Shown here one piece after another: positions 1-13,753 of a stretch of 64,000 nt of DNA (positions are counted from its first letter, which is position 1; each line of letters begins with the position of its first letter). The position numbers and the translations under genes were made by a program. Origin of the DNA: Octopus vulgaris (taxonomy: Eukaryota); assembly GCA_951406725.2 (NCBI GenBank), contig OX597814.1:208320001-208384000 (forward strand), read 5' to 3'. The notes below the pieces were generated by a model, which was given only the letters and a program-made list of their open reading frames with translations, did not search any database and was not told where the DNA came from.

Positions 1-2408
1 ACTTTTATGAACTTATAAACTTCAAAAAATTTTTTGTGAAATAGATTAAGGTATGTGACATTGGAATCACAGAAAGAAAAACTGGGAAACATTGTAAGGA
101 AAAAAAGCAAAGAACATGAAAATTCTTTGTCCAGTATCTGATCGTATGAAAGTAAATGTTCCTTGACTGTTATTTAATTATTTAATTTAGGGAAAAATGA
201 TCAGGTTTTTCCACTCATCCTCTTGTTTTTGCATTTTTCCCCCTAATTTTTGTGATTATTGGGTTTAATTCCCATTCTATTCTAGATTTTGCCACTTTGT
301 AATTAAACGAGGGCACTTAGCTAATAAAGGTCATGAGAGTTGTTCTGTTATAAAATCCTTTAGAAATTGATACTCACCTAACCTGTAGTATGTCCCATCC
401 TGAATTTTAAAATTTCAGATCAACCAACTGGCTTATGACATTCTCTAGATTTGATTGACTACCTCTGTTCCAATCTCTGCACAACTAGAGCTGGTCTGGG
501 TAACTCAGTAACATTTAATTCAAAGAGATTTTCTTCTTTAAACTGAACTCGATTTGCTAATTACAGCAACCCACTTTTATACATTTCTATCATTCTAAAT
601 ATTTGGGTCAGCAGAAGAGGTTTTAATCATATTACTTACATACAAAGGAGATAAATTAAAAGAATAAGTTTGATAGCACAAAAATATTCTCTCCTGAATA
701 AACATTTGTTAAATGTATGTATTTACACTGTTTAATTAGAATTGTGATTAATATCACTTAAATTTCACATTAAACCCCTTTATATGTTTAATTCCTGTTA
801 GCATGGTAAGTTAGTGAATTGGGAAAGTATATGTCAGTCATGTCCTGGTTGGCAAAACCTATATTTGGTTGGCAATTTATGACAGTTGATAATTCTAATT
901 TACAATGTTTATTCATATTCCAGCAGAAAAAAAATATCTAATATTCACTCCTTGTGCTCTGTCTTGCATTAACTGTTCAAGTAAATTCCAAATTCCAGTC
1001 TTTGAAACATCAGCATTAAACAACAATGATAATGTTTGTGCATAGCATTAATTCATTAACTCCTCAAGGTCAGTCGTATGTTTTCAGGAAATTGTTGCAG
1101 ACACTGTTTCAAGGCCTGATTTTTTAATCAATATGCCAAACCTATGCAGGCGAGATTGCTACATTCAGAAATGCTGATCAAATTACCCAACTCACTAAAA
1201 TACCTTTGTCCCATAGATTTTGTCAAGCAGCTGATTAGGATTATTACTTAGCCAGAATCATCCTTCTGGTGATCATTGCTTTACTGTAGTCACAGGCAAC
1301 CTGCAATTCACAGAGCTCTCTGATTGGTATACCTAATGAAAAATTACCTTTAATTCTTTTTTTTTAGTAGTGTGGCCTTGTCCTTTGTGACCTGCTTCTC
1401 GAAAATGGATGCCCTTGCCTGCTTAGATGTATATTTTCTCCTGCTGTTTATTCACTGTTGTCATTTCATCTCTATCTTTTTATAATTGTCAATTATATGA
1501 AATATACTATAGCGAAAAAGACAGCTTTTCATTGACATATGCTTTTATTGATTTCAATCAGTAGGCTGTAACCAGACTGGGGCACCACTGTAGTTTCAAT
1601 GTTTCAGGCATGCTTTTGTTTCTATTCTGTTATTACAGCCATTAACTCATGCTTTGGACACAGTTGTTAGCCTAAATTGTTTCATTCATACAAACATATG
1701 TAATGAGCAACAATAAAAAAGATAATTAAAAAAACCCTTTATCAAATAACTATAAAATGACAAAAGATATTGTATCATAATAAAGAATAATTGTATTAGG
1801 AATCTGAAGCTACCATATGTGTAAATTTTAAAATATTAAAGTAAGTTTTTATTTGTTAATTTACCTAATTAAATAGGTAGATTTTAAAAGCAAACCTGGA
1901 ATAACTACCAGCATTATTTATTCTTCAGAATCATCTAAAGCCACTAGTTGCTAAGGGTGATTCTTTGTTTTGATAACTAAAACTAACAGAATGTTATATA
2001 GGGTCAACAATTAATGTAGGTTAGTTCAGTAGGTCATTATTATACTTAAGATTCAACTAGAGCTACCTAAGCCAACAATGTTATCAGTTTACTTCCAGTG
2101 AGGGGGCCTTTATGTAATCAATTTATGTACTAGAAATAGTAGCTAAATATCCCTTAAACCATCACCTTACCACCTTAATAAATAACACAAAAAGCATTGG
2201 CTGTAGTTGTTAGTGTACAAACAAGTAGGAAAGTACCAGGTAATCATCTCATTGAATTTTCTTGGGATTAAATAACATTAGCACCTTTTAAAAAAAATTG
2301 CCTATAAATGCTGGAATTAAAAGGGCATGGATTTGGTACAAATATTTAATTATTAGTACTACTGAGCACAGTTAAAATCTTTAAACAATTTTAAGATAAT
2401 ATATTATT

Positions 2409-2439
<31 letters not shown>

Positions 2440-2652
2440 ATGTAGACATGTTCAAGCAGGCAGGTAATAATAAATAGTTTGTAACAAATTTAAACTATGG
2501 GGTGAAACATGTGAATGACCTTGAAATTGTGGAAACTTACATCTTTGGAACTACAGGGTTTAAAGTTATATTCTAAATGTATGGTATTGTTGAGTTAATG
2601 TCTACTGCTACAGCTGTAGACTGACAAATTGTAACAAACCTGTTGTACACAC

Positions 2653-3077
2653 ATCATCATCATTATCATTTAACGTCTGCTTTCCATGCTGGCATGGGTT
2701 GGACAGTTCAACTGGGGTCTGGGAAGCCAGGAGGCTGCACCAGGCTCCAGTCTGATCTGGCAGTGTTTCTACAGCTGGATGCCCTTCCTAACGCCAACCA
2801 CTCCGTGAGTGTAGTGGGTGCTTTTTACGTGCCAGACGAGACTGGCAGATGGCCATGATCGGATGGTGCTTTTTACGTGCCACCGGCACGGGGACCAGAC
2901 AAAGCTGGCAACGGCCACGGTCGGATGGTGCTTTTTACGTGCCACCAGCACGGAGGCCAGTCGGGAGGCGCTGGCTACGGCCATGTTCGGATGGTTCTCT
3001 TACGTGCCACCGGCACTGCTATCACAGCTACAAATTCCATTGATGTTGATAGATTACAATTTTGATTTTCACTTGCC

Positions 3078-3078
<1 letters not shown>
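2653..3078 (-). mobile_element. RTE-LINE 3' UTR fragment (family D)
   Basis: (CAT)n tail, GGCGTTAGGAAGGGCATCCAGC motif, ~60-bp subrepeats ggtgctttttacgtgccac; family linked to the RTE at 23420 by shared sequence. Confidence 0.8.
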
Positions 3079-3139
<61 letters not shown>

Positions 3140-3573
3140 TTGTATTTTCCCTTTGACATTTCTACACTGATTAAAAGCTGTCACTATACATGTAAATGGT
3201 GTCGTTACGGTCTTCCATAAAAACTTACCCAGCTTTTGAGTAGGATATGTTTTATCTGACCATTGTTGTTGGAAGGACTCAGGGAAATAATACCTTGTTA
3301 CCAGTCAAGGGCTGGTAACAGGAAACGCATAAAAGCATGCAGCTGCAGAATCTGCCTCAAAGAATTTCCTCAGAAAAGTGGATGTTAAAGCTGTCATGGA
3401 GATGATAACCTTCCTACACTGAGAGGTGTATGTGTGTATGTATTTATGTATGTATAGTTGTACATAAAAATTGAGTATGTTAGTATGCTGTGTCAAAGGA
3501 GTTTAATGTTTGGGAAGTCTTATTTTACTGGGTTTTTTACATCTACTTTTTCAAGTTTGTGTCAGTGGTACAT

Positions 3574-3612
<39 letters not shown>

Positions 3613-3613
<1 letters not shown>

Positions 3614-4011
3614 TAGCAGTATCCCCCGGCGTTGCTCGGGTTTGTAAGGGAAATAACTATATAAGCATTTTTAGAGATGTAAAGTATAATAGCCATCTCA
3701 ATATGGCTAACCACAAGGGGGGGGGTTACTGTAGATTTTTACGTTCTGAGATTTAATAATACATTTTTAGAGAGTTACTTCCCTTATATAATAGCAAAAA
3801 AATGCATTAAAAATGGGAAAAAATGATGGTAAATTTTTTTTTTAAATCGTAGACTCATCGTAGACGCACGCTAATACCCAGAAGGGCTTGATATGAATCA
3901 CGACTATAAGATACCCGCTTTTGGTTACACTGCACCGCAAAATGTGGGAGTAGTTAGGAATCTAAATCGTAGGAGACAGACAGCACACAACCTCACTTTT
4001 ATATATAAAGA
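3613..4011 (-). mobile_element. Non-autonomous Helitron
   Basis: Minus strand A|TC...hairpin cccgagcaacgccggg...CTAG|T, inserted in (TA)n, no TSD. Confidence 0.85.
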
Positions 4012-4026
4012 TATATATATATATAT

Positions 4027-4408
4027 ACTTTTATTTTACTTGTTTCAGTCATTAAAGGGTTTTTTTAGTTGAAGAAATCAACCCCAGGACTTTTTTTTTA
4101 AAGCCTAGTACTTATTCTATCAGCCCCTTTTGCTGAACTGCTAAGTTATGGGGACCTAAATACCAACACTGGTTGTCAAGCAATGATGGGGTGGAGGGCA
4201 GGACAAACACAGACATAAAAACATACATACATACATATATATATTTGATGGGCTTCTTTCAGTTTCCATCTACCAAATCCACTCACAAGGCATTGGTCAG
4301 TCTGAGGCTACAGTAGAAGGTACTTGCCCAAGGTGCTACACAGTGGGACTGAACCTTGAACCATGTGGTTGGTAAGCAAGCTACTTACCACACAGCCACT
4401 CCTGTGCC
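4027..4408 (-). mobile_element. tRNA-headed SINE, family A
   Basis: Head ggc(a/g)caggagtggctgtgtggtaag..ggttcagtccc, internal (TA/CA) tract, (AGTAAAAG)-type tail; >10 copies in window. Confidence 0.85.
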
Positions 4409-6106
4409 TATATATATATATATATATATGAAATGGTTTACATTTGTGTTGACACACAAGAACTTCCAGTTGTGGTCTTTCATGATACAAACTATTATAT
4501 TTGTGCCATCAAAAATGATGGAAGTTTTATTAATCTTAGAGAATGCCATATCTATTTAGATGAAATAAAAGAAATTAATCCTTTTCTTACTTTATAAAAT
4601 ATCATACTATGTGTATGTGTGTAAGACTAAACTTTAAATTCTTTTATTTTTGAAAGCATCTACTATACTCACATACTGTTTAGAACTAAAGTGAAAGTAA
4701 AATGAACAACTCGTCCTTTGACTGTTCATTTTCAAACTGTCACTGTGTGTCATTTGACATCCTCCTACTTTAATAGTACCCCAGTAGTATGATAGCAAAC
4801 AGTCATAGAAGCTATATGTGGATAGATGACCTGACAAAGAAGTCTCTAAGTGATTACTGGGCTTGCTAGAAATAACAGCCAAATCTTTAAATCACATCCT
4901 GTTATCTTAAAAAAAAGGAAAGGACATAACAGAAAATGTAGTCCTTGACCTTCAGAACAAGAGGATGATCATAGGTGAACAACCAACCCATCATTTGGAT
5001 ATAGGTCTGCAAAATATGGCTGACCTGTACAGATTGTTTAATTTAGTTCTAACTTTGATTTCGTATATCTCACAGAAGGAACATTTATAATAGTTAGCTC
5101 ATAGTTTACTGCATGATTAGACTTTAATCAGTCTAGTTATCAGCTAATGTTTTTCACAAATGTCTGTCTTGATTTAACTAATTATTTAGCAGACAAGTGT
5201 ATTTACCCAATTTTAGATTGTAGCATTACACTTGATAGGAGATTCTTAAATATTGTTGTTTTTTTTTTTTATTATAGCTACCATCACTTACCATCCCAAA
5301 ATATTTAGGGAATGATTTCTCTCTGTGGTACCATGTTCAATGGATTAGAGCTATGTAATTCTTGATGGTTGTTCACTATAGTTATTAACTATAAGTTATG
5401 CATATTTAATTTTCCTGAGAGAAAAAAAAGCACAAAAAATAAAACACCCTTATGTGCAAAAGTCTGACATAATTTAGTGTCTGTTCATCATTAAATTTCA
5501 TATATAGTTGCTGCTCCAGTATGGCCTTGACTGTGAAAACTAAAACAAACTACAGAGCATGGGTTGAGATTAGTCTCATGGGCTTTTACTACCTGCTGTT
5601 TCAACACTCCTCCATTCTGCCACAGAGTAGTAATAGTAGTAGTATGCAGCATACCGTGGCCAGCCAATTAAATTTCTTAGTAAATAGTGCAAAACAAATA
5701 GCTTTAGCTGTGGTAAGCTTTGACCTTGCTGTTTTGTGCTCAATATTAAGCATAGGTTTGCATCCATTAGCATGTGATCAGCAGAACTGCACTTAGCTTA
5801 TTCAAAAGGACTGAAAATTTGAACAAGCTTTCAGATAATGTTTTAATTTTAAAAGCAGTTGAAGTTTGAAATCTTTTAGCTGGATATCTGTTAAATTGAG
5901 ATTAATTATTTTAACAAAATAATGTTTGCTGCAAGTGAGGGAACTCAGTACTGAGAGTAGAGTCAAATTTATTGTAAGATTCATGTTGACTTGGACTTTG
6001 AGATTCATATACATTTATACTTAGATTCTGCCCTTATCAGATCAGTTTAAAATGTCTTTCAATAGGAGTGTGATTAGTCTATTTATGGTCTGTAGAAGTA
6101 CCTTAA

Positions 6107-6552
6107 CCCTTTTGTTACTGTATTCATTTTGAGATGCTCTGTGTTTCTTCCAATAATTTTAAATATAACAAAGAATTTAATAAAATAACATTGTTATCAT
6201 TCAGCTAGTTTTAGGAAAATAAATTGCGACTAAGGTTTGGTGGAAGATTTGAATTAAAAACTTATGAAAACAAAACATTTATATTAAAGAACCAGAGCTG
6301 GTTTCAGCCGGGTTGGTAACGAAAGGGTTAATCCTTTTGTTACCAACCCGGCTGAAACCGGCTCTGGCTTTGTAGTACAAATGTCTTGTTTTCATAAGTT
6401 TTGAATTAAAATCTTCCACCAAACCTTAGACACAATTACTGTTCTTAACACTAGCTTAATGATAACTAAGTTATTTTACTAAATTCTTTGTTACATCTAA
6501 AATAATTGAAAGAAACACAGAACATCTCAAAATAAATACGGTAACAAAAGGG
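6107..6552. mobile_element. Two 221-bp piggyBac-type MITEs in inverted tandem sharing a central TTAA
   Basis: TTAA|CCCTTT..AAAGGG|TTAA|(T)CCTTT..AAAGGG|TTAA; copies 6107-6327 and 6332-6552 are reverse complements. Confidence 0.85.
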
Positions 6553-7494
6553 TTAAGTACCTTTTCAATAAATACTTATGAATAATTAAAAAGAAACCTT
6601 GAATGTTTTTTTTCTAGAGCAAAATGACAATTGTGCATACTATTGAACATTAATCTTCCAATATCGAACAATAATCTTCCAAACTGTGTTTTTCCTTTAT
6701 TTAATAGTTTTTATAGTATATATATATTTTACTCTGGTTGTCTTTTGATGTTTGGGGTATTTGTATGATTAGGACTGTGGTATAATTCTGAGCTATAATA
6801 CTCTTCTGTGAATTGAAGGCATGGCCTAGATTCACTTGCTTAAAACTCTTTCTCTGAATATCACAACTTCTCATTTTCCTTTCTCTGTGTGTCAAATATC
6901 TATGTAATAAATCAGTATTTAATTTTCTTTGTGAAAAGTTTTTAGTTTCTTGGCATGTTCTTTTAACAAAGTTTGACTGCAACTAATTAACTGATCACAT
7001 TTTAAATGGATTTGTTTTGTGTTTTTTTTTATTTTTAACATTAACATGTGAAAAACTGCTGGTGGTTTTGTGTTTTTCTTTGTTTATACTGATATATTTT
7101 TTAAGTGGATTTTCTGTTAAAATCGATTAGAAAAAGGATGAGTGGAAATATTAATGGGTTTATATCAACAGTGTTCATTTTGTAATGAATATTGCGAAAA
7201 GTTATTTATCTTATGTTTATTATAAACTATTCTTGAGTTTATCTGGAAAAAATTTTTTCCAAATCATTATCTGAGTTTACTAATCAGGGTAAAAAAAAGA
7301 ACTCTTGCTTTTTTTACTTATTTAAACGATGTATTATTTTATGATATTGATTATAATTATATTTTAAAATAAAGAATAAAATGATTTTCTTATTTAAAGA
7401 TTTAGGTTACAAGTAGACTAATGATGTAAACAATTTAAATTGTTTAAAAATACACCTAAACCTGCCTACATAATATACTCCACTTTAATTGTAG

Positions 7495-8878
7495 GTCAAT
7501 CAGATCGGCTGATCCTAAGGCTCAGGTGCTTGTTGTTGGAGAGGAGAATTACATTCCTTATATGCGACCTCCCCTTTCTAAAGAACTCTGGTTCAGTGAG
7601 GATAAGTCAGCTGTTAAGAACTTGAAATTCAAGCAGTGGAATGGTAAAGAGAGAAGTATTTTCTTTGAGCCTGAAGCATTTTATGTAGAGCCCAAGAAAT
7701 TACCATATCAAGAAAATGGTGGTGTTTCTGTTTTGTCTGGACGAAAAGTGGTGAAGCTTGATGCTAGCAAACGCCAAGCATATCTTGACAATGGTACTGT
7801 AATAAAATATGACAAATGTTTGATAGCTACAGGAGGAAAGCCCAAAAATTTACCAATATTGTCAAAAGCTGGCTCAGATGTAGCTGAGAAGACCACACTA
7901 TTTAGAAATATTGATGATTTCCGTAGCTTGGATAAACATCTAGAAGAGGCCAAGTCAGTAGCCATTATTGGTGGGGGGTTCCTTGGCAGTGAGTTAGCTT
8001 GTGCTTTAGGGAAGAAATCTCAGTCACATGACTTGAAAGTCTATCAGCTTTTCCCTGAATCTGGAAACATGGGTAAAGTTCTTCCTGAATATCTTAGTTT
8101 GTGGACCACTTCAATGGTTAAAAGTGAAGGAGTTGATGTTCAACCTGGTGTGAGTGTCCAAACAGCTGTTCTGAAGGATAATAAAGTGTCTTTAGAATTG
8201 AATAATGGCACATCACTTGATGTTGACCATGTTGTTGTTGCTGTTGGTCTTGATCCCAATACTGAATTAGCTAAAACCTCTGGCCTTGAAGTAGATGATA
8301 AATTTGGAGGTTTTCGAGTAAACTCCGAGCTAGAAGCCCGATCTAATGTTTGGGTTGCTGGTGATGCTGCTTGCTTTTATGATATCAAACTTGGCCGGCG
8401 CCGAGTGGAACATCATGATCACGCTGTTGTTAGCGGACGTTTGGCCGGGCAAAATATGGCTGGTGCTGGAAAAGCTTATTGGCATCAGTCTATGTTCTGG
8501 TCAGATCTAGGACCAAATGTGGGTTATGAAGCAATTGGTATTGTAGATTCCAGTTTACCAACAGTTGGAGTTTTTGCTAAGGCCACTGAAAAAGATACTC
8601 CACAGGCTGTTGTAGAAGCCACAGGTGAAGGTCTTCGATCGGAAACTGAAGAGTCTGCTAAACCTTCCATGGTGCCAGCTGCTCAGCTTGCTACACCTGA
8701 TGCTGATGAGAATTTTGGTAAAGGTGTAATTTTCTATTTGCGAGACAAAGTAGTGGTTGGAGTTCTTTTGTGGAATGTTTTCAATAAGATGCCTATTGCT
8801 AGGAAAGTTCTAAAAGATGGAGTAGAAAGTGAAGATTTACACGAAGTAGCAAAATTATTCAACATACATGAGACATAA
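7495..8878 (+). CDS. AIFM1: Apoptosis-inducing factor 1, mitochondrial: terminal coding exon (FAD/NADH-binding and C-terminal domains); upstream exons not found in window
   Basis: ORF has AIF hallmarks [97 protein letters not shown]. The true start is a phase-2 acceptor (ctttaattgtag|G TCA ATC AGA...) giving (R)[14 protein letters not shown], matching the AIF 'RSIRARDPGARVLIV' segment; the GTG at 7526 is internal. Confidence 0.96.
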
Positions 8879-9392
8879 CATTTGTGTGAATGGGAAAGTG
8901 TGTGGGGGGGAAACTATAGAAGTGACTTTAAAGAAATACCGACTTGAAAAAGTTTTACATGAATATTTTTGATATATTTAAAATGTTTTGTGCATATGAA
9001 TATGCAACCCTGCATATTTGCCTGAGTAGTGAACAAATCATGTTAAGTGATTTCTGGTGAAAAAAACACACACAAAAAACAAAAAACAAAAACACAGACC
9101 AAACTAGACTGAATTGGTAGTATGAGATCAGATAGAATTCCTGTTTGTTCATACACTCCTCTAAAATTTGGCAGTCCACATCATTGTAAAATTAGTCCTC
9201 TGAACAGCTTTAACATTAAAAAAAAAAAATCATCCAAGTAAATCAATGCTCAAGAAATGAAAGGCACCATGACAGACATCATTATTACAGGTTATGGAGT
9301 GAAGTTTGCCTTATTCAAAACTCCTGAACTATTTTTGTAGACTTCTTTTTATAACTAAGTTTTCAATGTCAATGAATGATATGTATAGCTTA

Positions 9393-9398
9393 AATAAA
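9393..9398 (+). promoter_or_regulatory. Candidate AIFM1 polyadenylation signal AATAAA
   Basis: AATAAA ~515 nt after the stop, followed by T/GT-rich sequence; not verifiable without transcripts. Confidence 0.3.
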
Positions 9399-10136
9399 TA
9401 CCATTTTGTTGAACATGTTCTACTTCAGTCTTTACATTTACCTGGCTGAGAGACTCAATTGTTTGCTTTTTCTTTGGCTCTAATTTTGCCAAGGTTACTT
9501 CACCTTGAGCTGCTACATCTTGAAATTGTACATTTAAATTTCTGTCTAATAATTGCTGGGACTGGGTAGGTTATAATGGAATGGTACGTGACTAGATATG
9601 ATATGAACTATCGAAATATTACTTACAACCTTCCAGTCCTAACATAAATTAAGTTGTAATAATTTTTTTTTTTTTTTAAAGAAAATATGAAAAATTAAAT
9701 TTGTTACAAAGAAATCCTGAGCAGACCACCTTGTTATTTCTTATTAATGTTAAATTCAAAACTGAATTTTAAAAATTTGAAATGGAATTAAAAAAAAAAA
9801 ACAAAAAACAAAATCTTTTCTGTCGTGAGTTTTTGTATTGCTGTTGTATATATATATATATGTTGTTTTTTTTTAATAATTTTTTGCATGCCTTTTTTTT
9901 TTTTTTTTAAAGCTTTTCTTTCATATACTAACTAATTTTAGAAGATTTTTGATTTCAGGGATGGGCAAAATGATAACTTGATATTGTATTTATTCTTTTG
10001 TGATCCTTGCTATAACAAATACCAAGTTTTAATTTTTCAGGTATTTTTTTAACCCCGCTTTTTATCCAATTAAATCCCTAACTTTACTCATTCTAAAACA
10101 TTAAACTGATGAAAGGAAATTTAACCTTGGATAGTA

Positions 10137-10558
10137 TACTCTTTTACTCTTTTACTCTTTTACTTGTTTCAGTCATTTGACTGTGGCCATGCTGGAGCAC
10201 CGCCTTTAGTCGAGCAAATCGACCCCGGGACTTATTCTTTGTAAGCCCAGTACTTATTCTATCGGTCTCTTTTTGCCGAACCGCTAAGTGACGGGGACAT
10301 AAACACACCAGCATCGGTTGTCAAGCAATGCTAGGGGGACAAACACACACATACACAAACACACACACATACACATATATATATATATACATATATACGA
10401 CAGGCTTCTTTCAGTTTCCATCTACCAAATCCACTCACAAGGCATTGGTTGGCCCAGGGCTATAGCAGAAGACACTTGCCCAAGATGCCACGCAGTGGGA
10501 CTGAACCCGGAACCATGTGGTTGGTTAGCAAGCTACTGACCACACAGCCACTCCTGCG
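10137..10558 (-). mobile_element. SINE family A, interrupting a decayed piggyBac-type MITE that ends near 10669
   Basis: Full-length match to other family A copies; right flank resembles the reverse of 13536-13753. Confidence 0.85.
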
Positions 10559-12784
10559 TATTTTTAGAATGTCATTTGTAGAGTAGAAGTGAGGGACCAG
10601 CATTGGCCATTTTGAACATAGAGCAGAATATTTTGGATGGATATGGCTGGTTAAATCCTAAATGGTTAAAAAAATGTATCATTAATCCCAATTCACAGTG
10701 AATGATTGACATCAAAAATGGAACCCAGCTATCAAATACTTATTCTAAGTTGTGATAAAACTGTTTAGATCCATCTACCTTCTAATTGTTGCTTGATATA
10801 AAGGACAAAACCTCTTGCAACCTGTTTGATATTTGGGATCCCATAGAAAGCTTAATCGATATTGTGAGTTGTTCAACTGGGTTCTGATTCATTGGAAGAT
10901 TGGATTTTGATACTGGAAGCTAATGAAACTCTTGCATTGCTCCGTTGTTTATGGCTGTGAACTGTAATCTCACTCAAGGACAGGAGTCTGCAACAGTATC
11001 TATAGTAACCTCATCCAAAGACAGAAGTTTGTTATATTTATAGAAGGATTAAATTTTCATTGTGTGAAGAAAGCAATGTTACAGAAGCTAAACTTTTTCA
11101 GAACCACAAGATTTTTGTAGCCAGGGATTATCCCTCTGTGTGTATTTTATTAATTTCTGTTTTTTTAGCGATACATGATAAGACATATCCACTTCTGGAT
11201 AGAATGCTTGTCTGTTTCAGGTAGATTAGAATTGAATTACCCATTGCAAACCAACCAATGAATTAACCACCTATGGCCTAAGTATCTTGGTTCTGGATGT
11301 AGACATGGTGATATGATGCTTACAAGTCAGATTTTGAAGTAGATATATGGCATGTTGTTGGTTAAATAAGTACAATCTACAAATTCTTTGCTTCAGATAT
11401 ATCTTACATAATTGAAGACCAAACTTTACTCTTTCATGTGTATAGCCTGGACATCTTCATAACTTCCCCACAATTTATTTTTTTTGTAGTTTATATAACA
11501 GATGTTTTCAAAGTGAATTCTATCAAAACACCACAATTTTTCTTTTGCTGTATAAGCATGTTTCAGCAAAATTTGGAACAAATGAGGCTTTTAGTGTTGC
11601 AAAAACCAGTGATGTTCAGAGAATTTGCACCACTGATTGCTTGACTTGGCCATCCATGTAGTCTTTGTTCTGTGTTACTAGAGCTGCAGAGCAACACTGA
11701 AATGCAATAGTGTATATTATGAAAGTCACAAGTGGGCAAGTAGAATAGGTTTTGATAGCTTATGGCTTAGTTGTTTGTATCCTCTTTGTTGAGCTGTTCT
11801 GTAGCCAAACTAGTGGCTTTCAATGGGCCCTGTCCTACCACCCCTCTCTCTGGATCACTCTTATAAGCAACAATAAGCATTGTAAAAATTGTTGACGTTT
11901 TGTTGACTTGCAATGTTGTATTCCATTCCTCATATGTCTATATTGAAGTGGGATTCAATCCCACTGTTTAACTCTAAGTCAAATAAGGTTATGTCCCATT
12001 GATCGGGTATTTCTCTGGTTAAGAACTGACTCTATCATTTAACAAAATGTTGATCATCTGAGCTTCTCATGCTTTTTTAACTACTGCTTTTTCCATTTTG
12101 CTAATGCTTTCTCAATGCTTTCTTCATTTTAATATCATAACAGTATCAAGGATATAGTTCTGATATTAGTTTGACATGAGTGACTTCACACCACTGCGCT
12201 ACATGTGAATGCTATATAAGCATAAGGGATATATATATTTGGTGTTGTATATTTATTCACATTTCAAAGTCTAACATTAAGAGTTGTTATCTGCCAGTGA
12301 TATAAACACAAATACTTCAATACACCACAAGTACATGCAAGAGTTCACAGTATCAAAATCAACAATGCAGTATTTTAACACAGTATCCACTTTAAGTGGA
12401 AGGTAGCTATTACCTATCGGTATTAATAATGCTTCTGCCACTTACTTTTTAGTGCATTAAAACATTTTCGAAGTTAATATTTGAACAGGATGGACTAAAA
12501 CAAAAAACTAAAGATGCATCTATTATTTCCCCCTTCACTGCCCCTTTGATCCAAGTAACAACTATAAAGTTTTATACTCCCATCCCTGAGGGGACGGTAC
12601 CACTCAATTAGTGAAGTACTGATCTAAGACACCCCTATTCTGTTGCATTCAGCGACTTTCCAACTGATAGGTTAATTTCTGCTGCTGTGCAATATCTATG
12701 GCCAAAGTATCTAACTCTTAATGAGGGAGCTCCTTTATGTTGCTGTAAATAGATACAATAGAAAAGGGCAGTTTACCTCTTTAA

Positions 12785-13005
12785 CCCTTTCGTTACCAAC
12801 CCGGCTGAAACTGGCTCTGGCTCTTTAGTACAAATGTCTGGTTTTCAAAAGTTCTGAATTAAAACCTTCCACCAAACCTTAGTCACAATTTATGTCCCTA
12901 ACTCTAGCTTAATGATAACGATGTTATTTTACTTAATTCTTTGTTATATTTAAAATAATTGGAAGAAACACTCAGCATCTCAAAATAAATTCAGTAACGA
13001 AAGGG
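12785..13005. mobile_element. piggyBac-type MITE (221 bp), same family as 6107-6552
   Basis: TTAA TSD, TIR CCCTTTCGTTAC/GTAACGAAAGGG. Confidence 0.88.
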
Positions 13006-13091
13006 TTAAGCAGCAAAATAATGAGTATTGCATTTAAATGCATTCATGTATGAAACCCTTAAAACTGGCATCTTTTCCAGTGACTTATAAT

Positions 13092-13300
13092 GGTTTCAAA
13101 ATTTTGATACAAGGCCAGCAATTTCAGGGGAGTTGGGTATGTCAGTTACATCAACCCCAGTGTTTAACTGGTACTTTTTTTTATTGACCCAGAAAACATG
13201 AAAGCAAAGTCAGCCTTACAAGAATTTGCAGTCAGAACATAAAGATGGACGAAGTGCTGCCAAGCATTTAGCCTGGCATGCTAACAATTCTGCCAGCTCA
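13092..13300 (-). mobile_element. SINE family B, diverged
   Basis: Similar to 34949-35178 in reverse. Confidence 0.65.
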
Positions 13301-13535
13301 CATCCTTAGGGTGCATCTACATTAAGAACACTGACACATTCAGTGTGGATCCTATAACCCATTTAGTCTTTGGAGCACTCATCTAATGTATCCAGAGCAT
13401 AACATCCTGGCAGAACACGCCTCTCTGCAATCTGCTCACAGGTGGAATTTAATTCAGAAGTGTAGATAATGAGTATTTATCTGTATATTTGTTGCACAAG
13501 TGGATGGACTGTGCCATATTAAAGTCAAGCTTTAA

Positions 13536-13753
13536 CCCTTTAGTATTTAAACCGGCCATATCCGGCCAAAATATTTAATCTGTTTATGTTCAAACTGACC
13601 AGATCCAGGCTCTCACACCTACCCTACAATGTTATTCTACATTAAGTAATTACACCATCAAGATCTTGAAGATATGAGATAATGCATGATTAATTCAAAT
13701 CAATGGGAATCAATAGGCATTATGTTTGATAGAATAATCTGAACACTAAAGGG
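13536..13753. mobile_element. piggyBac-type MITE, second family
   Basis: TTAA TSD, TIR CCCTTTAG/CTAAAGGG; homologous to 41601-41821. Confidence 0.85.

Noticed and set aside
2816-3016. CRISPR-like repeat-spacer pattern (ggtgctttttacgtgccac every ~50-65 bp)
   Set aside because: Spacers are homologous to each other, the array is part of a dispersed RTE 3' UTR, and there are no cas genes in this eukaryotic DNA
7526-7528. GTG as AIFM1 start codon or processed pseudogene
   Set aside because: Homology extends upstream to an AG acceptor at 7493-7494; frame is intact and the N-terminal presequence is missing, so it is a spliced exon
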